Positions 17,942 through 26,600 of a stretch of DNA of 64,000 nt are shown here, piece after piece. Every line of letters starts with the position of its first letter. The first letter of the stretch is position 1. The DNA is from a virus: positions 64,001 through 128,000 of IMG/VR virus record IMGVR_UViG_3300044658_000058; one strand, given 5' to 3'. The notes beneath the pieces are model-generated. The model did no database searches. It was not told the DNA's origin and was given only the letters and a program-made list of their open reading frames with translations. A program made the position numbers and the translations under genes.

Positions 17942-18552
17942 TAGCTACCAGATACCGGCCATAGCGTGTCGTTTGTGTAATCGCCCGGAACCGGGGAAGA
18001 CTGTTTGATCACACGGGCGGCAAAAATCAATTTGGTTTCCCATGCGGCGGCGGCTTGGCCAAAAGCAAAACACGTTTGGGCATCCATTCGTGTTAGAGAG
18101 TTGTCATCAGCAATCCAAACGAAGTCCGAAGAGCCGCCATGCCAACGATAGTTACCAGTTTGTGCGCCAGCGGCTATGGCAAATCCGGCCAAAGTAGCAG
18201 CGCCAATGATGCGAGCCTTCGATTCATTGTCCATCGCATAGGATTTGCCTGCGAACTGGAAACCTGTCGCAATGCGTTTGTCACGCTCTGCATTCACTTC
18301 ATCAGCCGTTGGAACCTTGACTGATGTGGTCCAGACATATTTCGGAACGCCATTGGTTACCACGACATTTTGTGATACGCCAACATAGCCAACCGGAATA
18401 GGGTCCGCTGGCGAAATTTCTTTCAAAGTATACGTTCCATTATCCCAACCGGCATAGGCAGGAGAAGTAACATCGTTCCCTATAACGAATGTACTGCCAG
18501 ACAAAACTTGTTTCACAACAGAATTGTCAGATTTCTTTATTAATGCTAACAT
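17941..18552 (-). CDS. DUF4376-like tail fibre-associated protein
   Basis: VNAERDKRIATGF..WIADDNS..MDA. Confidence 0.7.
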   Translation of the reverse strand: MLALIKKSDNSVVKQVLSGSTFVIGNDVTSPAYAGWDNGTYTLKEISPADPIPVGYVGVSQNVVVTNGVPKYVWTTSVKVPTADEVNAERDKRIATGFQFAGKSYAMDNESKARIIGAATLAGFAIAAGAQTGNYRWHGGSSDFVWIADDNSLTRMDAQTCFAFGQAAAAWETKLIFAARVIKQSSPVPGDYTNDTLWPVSGS

Positions 18553-19190
18553 TTAAGTCCTTCGTAAATCTCTATATCTTTCTCATAGTATTTATTCACC
18601 GCAGCTAAGGTGGCTTCATCATAGAATGTGTCAACCCAATCTTTTATATCTACATTTTGGAGTGACTTATTTTGATGTTTTAGCGGTTGCTTGATGTCTA
18701 TATTGTATGTTTCGACAAATTCTTGAATATGCTCATCCAATCTATCGTAAAGCCACCAAGTTCCAATTTCTTTTCCTCGATAGGTCAGAAACGTCGATTG
18801 GAGTTGATTTTGCCATGGTCGATCCGGATAATATCCAGTGTTGACGACGGACTGTCTGAAATCCTTAATTGATGGATTTTGAACCAAGCCCTGTTTTGCT
18901 CGGTAGAGGTAGAGGCTAAGAACCCGGTCGATTGGATTTCGGACCACACCAACGATGGTTTCGTTTGGATTCAAGAGCCCATTGTCGATGGCATAGGTTA
19001 CATCCATGTGCGAGTGTTCGGCGTGTACAGGTTCCATATTTTGGGACCAATGAATATTCTCTGTCGCATAATATTTCGAATACATGTCTTCCGGGTGTAT
19101 AACGTTATCAATGAAGAAACGCCGAATGGAGGTTGATGCATTCTTCGGCACATTGATGAAATTGAATTTAAAACGTTTGATACTAATCAT
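18546..19190 (-). CDS. Sulfotransferase family 2 protein
   Basis: FINVPKNASTSI (5'-PSB) and VRNPIDRVLSLY (3'-PB) motifs, YYEKD. Confidence 0.85.
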   Translation of the reverse strand: MISIKRFKFNFINVPKNASTSIRRFFIDNVIHPEDMYSKYYATENIHWSQNMEPVHAEHSHMDVTYAIDNGLLNPNETIVGVVRNPIDRVLSLYLYRAKQGLVQNPSIKDFRQSVVNTGYYPDRPWQNQLQSTFLTYRGKEIGTWWLYDRLDEHIQEFVETYNIDIKQPLKHQNKSLQNVDIKDWVDTFYDEATLAAVNKYYEKDIEIYEGLKC

Positions 19191-19744
19191 CTAAGCAGAA
19201 AAGAATTTAAAGTGAGCCTAACATTACCTATAGATTTATAAGAATGCCATGTAACACCAGTTTTACCAGCAAAGACCATCATTCTATTCTGTTGCCATTC
19301 GATTTGCTTGACAAAATTCTTGTCCTTGTCGTAAAGAAGAGTTCCTTGACCGTTCATTGGGTAGAGGTAGGTAACGGCTGACAAAACTTTGTTTTCAGCT
19401 TCATCATGAATAGGATGTTCAGAGGCGTCCAAGCACAGGATACATTCACCATAGAGCGAGAGCTTCTTATGTTCCCGACGATCTGGAAAATAGTCAAGCA
19501 AAGCGTTCGTGTCTCTGGACAACAGTAAATTTCTTGTAATGGGAAATTCTGAATTTTCGTACAAATTATTTTTGGAAATGAAAATTCGCTTGGCCGTTTT
19601 GGTTACAAATTGTTCCGGCTTTGTTTTGAGATTGTCCCAAATTTCTCGAATTGCCGCTGATGTATCATCGTAATAATCATCGATGGTTACATGCGGCCAT
19701 GGTTCAGTTGAAATCGACAATTCGTTGTTCAATTCGTTCTTCAA
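19187..19744 (-). CDS. 2OG-Fe(II) oxygenase
   Basis: PWPHVTIDD, IHDE..KVLSAVTYL, GTLLY, TWHSY..R. Confidence 0.82.
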   Translation of the reverse strand: MKNELNNELSISTEPWPHVTIDDYYDDTSAAIREIWDNLKTKPEQFVTKTAKRIFISKNNLYENSEFPITRNLLLSRDTNALLDYFPDRREHKKLSLYGECILCLDASEHPIHDEAENKVLSAVTYLYPMNGQGTLLYDKDKNFVKQIEWQQNRMMVFAGKTGVTWHSYKSIGNVRLTLNSFLLR

Positions 19745-20504
19745 AATCCTCTTGCGTCACATCGATGCAGAGCTTATGGGCATACCAAGATAGGAACCGT
19801 TTTAGGTCGTCCTGATTGACCGGCTGCATGTCTTCCAATTCCCTAGCGGTCTTGATCTTCGGTAAAATTTCCGAAAATGGGGTTGTGTCATAGCTGGCAC
19901 AAACCTTTCCACGGATCATGGCATTCACGCTAACGGACGAATAGGAGCTTGACACCTTGTCAGCACCGTCCAAGAGATGACTTAGGTTATGTGAGCCATC
20001 GACAAAGATTACATATTCGCTTTGTGGCACGGTTATTTTGGTCAAAGGATGTTGTTTGAACACTGTATAGACCTTGTGAGTCTTGGCGTATTCGACGGCA
20101 TCCGAAAAATGATCAAGTTCTTTGTTCATATTGTCTTGCATCAGAAAGAGATTGTATCGTTCTGGCAATTCCATGATCACATTTCCTTCGGAATATTTCG
20201 TACCGAAGCGCCCCGTTATCATTGGATCAATATCACATTCTTTCCATGCGTGAAGAAACGGGTTTTCTCGGTCGAGATATTGACGATTTGGGGTGAACAC
20301 AAAAAATTCCACCTTTGGTGAGCCGAAGCGCCACGTCAATTTTCTCTCAAATTTCATGGGATCGACAATTTCTGAAAATATGCAGTTTGTCAGTCCATGT
20401 TTTTCTAATATGGCATCGACAATTTTGGCAACTTTAATTGTTTGTGCGAACATGTAATGGGTCTGTTGAAGGTCTTTCACCATATTGACCCATTTCAATA
20501 CCAA
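19704..20504 (-). CDS. Capsule-biosynthesis (KpsS/KpsC-like) glycosyltransferase-like protein; start uncertain
   Basis: LFLMQ, VFKQHP, LLDGADKV..SSVSVNAMIRGK. Confidence 0.65.
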   Translation of the reverse strand: MVLKWVNMVKDLQQTHYMFAQTIKVAKIVDAILEKHGLTNCIFSEIVDPMKFERKLTWRFGSPKVEFFVFTPNRQYLDRENPFLHAWKECDIDPMITGRFGTKYSEGNVIMELPERYNLFLMQDNMNKELDHFSDAVEYAKTHKVYTVFKQHPLTKITVPQSEYVIFVDGSHNLSHLLDGADKVSSSYSSVSVNAMIRGKVCASYDTTPFSEILPKIKTARELEDMQPVNQDDLKRFLSWYAHKLCIDVTQEDFEERIEQRIVDFN

Positions 20505-20505
20505 A

Positions 20506-21204
20506 TTATAGTTGGACCGCATACATGTATTCGTTATCTCTTCCGACATTTTCAGCGAGCAATTCTGCTTTCAGAATAGAGACATTCTTTTTACGAATAT
20601 AAACTACTGGACACTTGCTTTTCAGTGCCTTTTTCATTGTCTCTATAGCCCAATCCTCTTTGTCCGGTCTGCAAATTAAACAGACCATGGATTTGGTGAA
20701 CTTGAAATCGAGAGCATTCATGATCTTCACTGGATACTCATAATTTTCATAAGAAGCGATATCGATACACGTCACGTCAAACCCGGCTTCTGTAAGAATC
20801 TTTCCTGTATAGCCGTTGCCAGCGCCGCAATCGATGATGTGGTGACCAGAGAACAATTCCTTCATCTTGTTAATGAAAATCTCATTAGGATGAAAGTAAT
20901 GACCACTTAGTTCAGGAACAATTTTGAGAATTTCTGCGAATTGCTCGTCAGTTAGAGTTTTCTCATTATAAGAAGATATGATTTCGCTTTCTTTCTCTTT
21001 CTTGTAGGCATCAACCATCTTCTTCGTCCACACAGTTTTGTGAGCTTTTTTAATTGCCTCTCTGACATCTTCGATCACGTAATCATTTGGATTGGTGAGA
21101 ACCCATTCGTTGTTGACAACATGGGCTGGTGGAATTTCGAACGTTAATCCGGGTAGTTCAAGGTGCAGAATCTTGTGTGATCCCACGTATTTTACATTAC
21201 TCAT
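20506..21204 (-). CDS. Class I SAM methyltransferase with an N-terminal extension
   Basis: IIDCGAGNG..FDVTCID. Confidence 0.7.
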   Translation of the reverse strand: MSNVKYVGSHKILHLELPGLTFEIPPAHVVNNEWVLTNPNDYVIEDVREAIKKAHKTVWTKKMVDAYKKEKESEIISSYNEKTLTDEQFAEILKIVPELSGHYFHPNEIFINKMKELFSGHHIIDCGAGNGYTGKILTEAGFDVTCIDIASYENYEYPVKIMNALDFKFTKSMVCLICRPDKEDWAIETMKKALKSKCPVVYIRKKNVSILKAELLAENVGRDNEYMYAVQL

Positions 21205-22073
21205 GGCTCTACAAATCTTACGCTTTGGACAAAGTTACTATAGAAATGCCATGTAGTTGTGACGACCCCGCCCGAGTGACCGCCGCCACCACCAGTTGAT
21301 GTGGTTTGATATAGTGTATCAGTAACAAATGTTCCATTTGCATCCATACATTCCAATGCTATCTCTCTTGAATATCCACCATAAGCAGCATTCGTTTCAA
21401 GGATTCTCGTATGTGCTGGACCGCTATGGGCGATTGTCGGAGGGCTTATATCGTTGATATCCAGTCCACCTTTTATGAACACCAAGTCATTCTGTAGAAC
21501 GGATATACTGGTGGAAGGGTGAGACGAACTGCTTCCTGTTCCACCACCATAAAATGCATTCGTAACACCACTCCATCTGCCCGGAAGGACATAGACCATT
21601 TGAGAGTTCGTGCGTGATGTGCTGCTTGCTTTGACAAATGTTGCCGCAACCGAAGTCAAATTACCAAATCCAATTGGAACTTGGAATTGACAAAACTTAA
21701 AATCCGAACCCAGACCGGTATTCTTACTATACAATATAGTTTCATCGGTTGCCGTATATGCGCCGCTGTTCACGTTGACAGAAGTTGTTCCGGGTGAGCT
21801 ACCTTCGTTCAATGTAAACAATGTCGTCCATCGACTTTGTAAATTGATGGCAGCTTGCGGGTATGTTAATGTGCCAGAAACAGATGTTGCAGTTGCGAAT
21901 GTAGAGTCGAACGATTCAGAAAATGGACCAGTCGTAGTGTTGGTTTCAAACCCCTGATTGACAGAGGTTTTAGAAATCATCGCATTTCGTGAAGAAATAG
22001 TTTTCAGCGCCGAAACTACATCAGATACACCAATTAGCACCACTGATGGAATGGATGTTGGGAAAAAAGGCAA
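21201..22073 (-). CDS. Tail fibre/tip-associated protein
   Basis: S/T/G-rich; TTG start abutting the fibre gene stop. Confidence 0.55.
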   Translation of the reverse strand: MPFFPTSIPSVVLIGVSDVVSALKTISSRNAMISKTSVNQGFETNTTTGPFSESFDSTFATATSVSGTLTYPQAAINLQSRWTTLFTLNEGSSPGTTSVNVNSGAYTATDETILYSKNTGLGSDFKFCQFQVPIGFGNLTSVAATFVKASSTSRTNSQMVYVLPGRWSGVTNAFYGGGTGSSSSHPSTSISVLQNDLVFIKGGLDINDISPPTIAHSGPAHTRILETNAAYGGYSREIALECMDANGTFVTDTLYQTTSTGGGGGHSGGVVTTTWHFYSNFVQSVRFVEP

Positions 22074-23402
22074 TTATCCGAGAACCTTTTGAATATGACA
22101 ATGCTTCACACCACCGATAGAAGTAATGAACAAGAAAAATGCATTACCAACTACAGTGTTTAGAGTATCGCCGGTTACTTTATGCCAACCGGAGAACGTA
22201 ATAGCTCCAGGTGCAGAGTTGTAGAAATACACGACCATGCTACCGTCATTTGCTGGTGGAGCAATGGTGAACGTACCGCCATTTCTCATGAGCACAAAAT
22301 TACCAGATGCCATGTTCGGTGTCCAAGTTCCGGTAGTTGTCGTTCCCAAATCTGGTGTTGTGACAGTGTATCCAACTGTCATGTTTTTTGTGACATTGGA
22401 TTTCACAGTGGCAGCATCGAACCCTTGGATAGTTGTTCCGATAGAACCCGCCAAGCCCGCTGGCGTCACCGCTCTTGTTCCATCTGTTCCTGTCGTTGTT
22501 TCGGCAGTTGTCGCCAATTCCACCACGCCAGTAGCGGCAGTCGAAGCGGCTGAAACCGTTATAGCTGGATTGCCCAAAACACCATCGCCATTGGTGATTC
22601 CAAGAGGCGCTGTCACAGTGATTGCACGTTGCGCCCATGTGTCTGTTGTGGTTCTAACTGGAAATCCTGTGGAGTTAAGCGCTTCAATAGCGCCAACGTC
22701 GTTAGCCAAGGAAACGGCGGGATTTCCAGAAACGCCATCGCCGTTTGACACAGAAAGACCGGCACCAGAACTAGTGATCGCTCTTTGAGCCCATGTATCG
22801 GCGGCTGTTCGAACGGCAATACCGGTCGATGCCAAAGATTCGAGAGCGTTCAAGTCGTTTGCAAGAGCAATTGTTGGATTGCCAGACACGCCATCACCAT
22901 TCGTGACCTGAATGCCAGTAGCCGGACCTGTAATGGTTCTTTGTGCCCATGTGTCGGCAGTGGTTCGAACGGCAATACCAGTAGAAGCGAGAGCCTCCAA
23001 AGCGGCCAAGTCGTTAGCCAATGCGATGGTTGGGTTACCCGCAACACCACCGCCATTTGAAATTGTCAAACCAGCGGCAGGAGCCGTAATAGTTCTGGAC
23101 GAAAAAGTTCCGTTACCAGTTCTGGAAACTATGCCAGTTCCACTAAGATTTGTGATACCGGTAAGGTTATTCGATGAAAGCGTATTGTTGATTGTGACAA
23201 TTTGTGATTTGACCGTATTCACATTTGCCGATAAAGAAGATAGTGATGTCGAAAGAGTAACGACATTTGCAGTAACAGCATTAAGATCACTGTTTATAGA
23301 CGTAATGTCTGTAACAATCTTGTTAGTATTGTTACCCCATTGTTGGAACGTTACCGAAGAAATGCTCCGAACGTCCATAATAGATGCCGTTATAACTGTC
23401 AT
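22074..23402 (-). CDS. Tail fibre protein with tandem ~42-aa repeats
   Basis: 4x NGDGVSGNPTIALANDL..WAQRTIT; GVVELATTAE motif. Confidence 0.8.
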   Translation of the reverse strand: MTVITASIMDVRSISSVTFQQWGNNTNKIVTDITSINSDLNAVTANVVTLSTSLSSLSANVNTVKSQIVTINNTLSSNNLTGITNLSGTGIVSRTGNGTFSSRTITAPAAGLTISNGGGVAGNPTIALANDLAALEALASTGIAVRTTADTWAQRTITGPATGIQVTNGDGVSGNPTIALANDLNALESLASTGIAVRTAADTWAQRAITSSGAGLSVSNGDGVSGNPAVSLANDVGAIEALNSTGFPVRTTTDTWAQRAITVTAPLGITNGDGVLGNPAITVSAASTAATGVVELATTAETTTGTDGTRAVTPAGLAGSIGTTIQGFDAATVKSNVTKNMTVGYTVTTPDLGTTTTGTWTPNMASGNFVLMRNGGTFTIAPPANDGSMVVYFYNSAPGAITFSGWHKVTGDTLNTVVGNAFFLFITSIGGVKHCHIQKVLG

Positions 23403-23602
23403 TTATTTTCTAAAGCTCTTAATCTTATAGTTAGGTCGCTCACCATTTTTTCGAGATTGGCAATCCGCTTTTCCATTAAAGGAATGTTTTTTGCCGTCTG
23501 TCTTCTTTTGCGGTAAGCTTCCAACGATTTGTTGTCTTTATTTATGAGAGCCCCGGTACTCTCATTTCTGAAAATGCCGGGTACTTCTGTTCTTTGGTCC
23601 AT
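23399..23602 (-). CDS. Small coiled-coil protein
   Basis: VPGIFRNESTGALINKD then a heptad region; usual neighbour of the large structural gene. Confidence 0.65.
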   Translation of the reverse strand: MDQRTEVPGIFRNESTGALINKDNKSLEAYRKRRQTAKNIPLMEKRIANLEKMVSDLTIRLRALENK

Positions 23603-23606
23603 ATTT

Positions 23607-26600
23607 TTACATCTGTAGAGCAATCAAACGAAGATCGGCCACTCTCGGAACCATGGCAGAATTCGTTGAAGTTAGAACGATCTTTACTGAAAATTGCTTG
23701 AAGCCAGAGAATGCAACGTTGTTTGAATTTGTGTATTGAACAGCGCCATATAGACCGGTCATGATAGTAGGAGAGAATCCAAATTCATATTCAATCCAAT
23801 CATCGGTATTAGAGATTGAAGAGAACACGGTATCTGATGTTTCCAACTGTATCCAATCATGACTATCGAACGTGTCGGAGTCTTCATTGTTTGCAATTTT
23901 CGCATATACCAAAATGTCCGTGTTCGGTGGACGATAAGCAGTCAAATAGACCTTCAAATCTTCGGCGTCCTGACCTTCGGCCAAGGTGATGGTTTTGCAG
24001 ATATATTTGTTTTGTGCAGCACCACCGGATGGAGCGGTTTCATTCGCAGTGTTTGCGTTCACGATGTTGTGGACAAACACACCATGTGTTCTGTTCAAAT
24101 CGATCACTGGCGAAACATAAGGTGTGCTTGACACGATAGATGCTACCGCCTGATTTGAACGGGCGCTCGAAATCAAGTCCACTTCCTTCGAACGGCCAAG
24201 CAAATGCTTTTCCGACGTGAAGAAATTGTTGTCGTCCGAAACAACTGCAATCGAAGTCGAATCCAATGAGTTGGTGTTCGATGTCCCCTTCATCGTCCAT
24301 CCCAAAGATGTGTTCTGGAATGTCAGATAATTTGGTTCGAAATCCACAACAGAATATTTGATCGGAATCTTCGATCCTATGGTTCCACGGTCACCCGAGG
24401 CTGAACCAATAATGATTTCACCATCTTCCCAATAGCCAGTTGTGTCACGCAATTCGAGATGAATAAGATTTGCTGTCACATCACGGAAGCTGTACAATGA
24501 ACCGCTTGGGTACGATACTGTAGCGAGTGTTGCCGTTCCTCTTGTGGTGCCGGTATTTGACTTGATAGTCAGTGTTTCGCCCGCAGTGTAATTCATGATA
24601 GAATTTGCTGTCAGACGGTATGTTCCGGCAGAAATTGCAACAACTTGGCTGTTTGCGTGAGAAGTAGCACCCACAAGACGGTTACCAACTGCGATTGCGG
24701 CAGTGTTGCCCGAGATTGTGATACGGTTCTGACCACGAACAGTTTCACCAAACATGTCAAAGTCCGAAGTAACGGATGACATGATGAATTTTTCGAATGG
24801 CTTGTTGCCAAAGTTCGCTGTTCCGGTCGAGTTCGTAGTGAAATCGGCACGATAGAATGTCACCTTCAAGTCAGCATTTGGAACAGGAACCCAATCCATA
24901 TTGTTGTTTGTATCGAACAACGTTCCTGTATATTTTCTGCTTACAACATTCTGTCCCGTTGTAACGTCGGCTTCACCAAGCTTCATAATCCAGAGATAGG
25001 TATCCGGATTTGTTGCAGTAGGATGGATAACCAATGCGTATTCGACGTTATTGTACAAGAAAATTGGACACTGGAAATAAATTCTTTGTGCAACAGAGGC
25101 ATCATCAGACACAGAAATTTGTGATGATTCCAGAGTAACAACAGAGTATGGCACTGTGTTTCTAGTAATATTACCAGAATTGTCCACTTCACGGATTTCG
25201 AACCAAGCACCATACAATGGGTTCTTTGCTTCGAAGTATAGATCGAAACTTGTAAGAAATACACCTTCTTCTGTTGTCGGTGCAGAAATGAAGAACGTGT
25301 AGGCCAAGCAGTCACGGTTACCGGTGGCCGAACCGTTGCCGCCACGGGAACCCGTATCTGTTGTCGAACGGTTTACGACCGGATTGACAATCGTTGAATT
25401 ACCCTGAACACCACCAGTCTGTGTAACGTCGTCTTGTGAAGTTACGACCACATTGGTTGAAAGGATAGTATCCTGCTTTTGCTGAATCAGACCGGAGGCA
25501 GTGAAATAGGCCAAAGCATATGTTGTCGAATCATCTTCGTTCGTCGGACTATCAGAAACACGAACTTTCTTTGTGCCTGTACGGAAACGCTTTCCGGAAT
25601 CAGGGAAGCGAAGTAATCCATAAGCCTTACCGTCTGAGCCGGAAACCCAATTCGAGCCTTCTGCACCAGTCGCCACATATGAGCTATTCGCTGGCGTTGT
25701 ATAGTCTGACATTAGTTCGTCATCGACATATACCCAAAGACGAGTGTTTGGCTTCACATCACGGGCTGACAAAAGAATCGTTTGTGGACGAATGTATGGG
25801 ATAATCGAAACGTCAACCACCTTGTTTCCAAGATTTTCTGTTGTCGAGACAACGCTTGACGTTGTGGTCGTTCCTGTGCGAGTTTGAGAACCGAACTGTT
25901 CAATTTTTGTGGATTGTCCAGTTCTATTGCTTGTAGTTTGCGCAGCCGACAAAGCCGCCGCTTCCGTGGTGTAAGTTCCAATCAGAGCGCCAGTGCTGTT
26001 GTTGTATACTTTGTAACCGGTAATAGTTGTCTGCCACGAATCCCACGTGGTTTGCATAGGAGGAACATTAGTTGGTGTTGTTCCACCAACCATAGTATCC
26101 GGTAGCTGAACGGTATCGACCCAAACGTCCGAATCCGGAGTGAGTGTCAACAGACCAATGAAGCTATAAACCGCATTTGTCGAATTGCGAGTTGTCGTTG
26201 CATATGGCTGTTGAATGAACGCTACTTCTGTGTATGGAAGTGTGATCAAATTATTTGATTGTTGAACGCCAGAACCGGAAATATATTGGTATCCAACCGA
26301 GTCCATATCGAACTGTGGACGAATACTCTGTTCTTTCGGATCAACAACAATTGCGTAGTCTGGATTTGTGATAGCACCTTGTGAGTGATCACGGAATGTA
26401 TCGACAAAAATACCGTTCTTGAAGCGATCAAGACCGTTATCATCCAAGATAGACAAATCAGAAGCTTGTTTTTCCAGCAAGTTTAGCTGGTTATAATATT
26501 CAAGATTAGAAATACGTTCATCTAGAACGCCGATATCACGCTTAGTATAGTTTCTAAACGCTGTCTTCTTGACCGTGCAAGCCAAATCTTGACGATCCGA

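Noticed and set aside
22560-23130. ~126-bp tandem repeats as a possible diversity-generating retroelement or shufflon
   Set aside because: Ordinary coding repeats; no reverse transcriptase, invertase or adenine-specific variation seen
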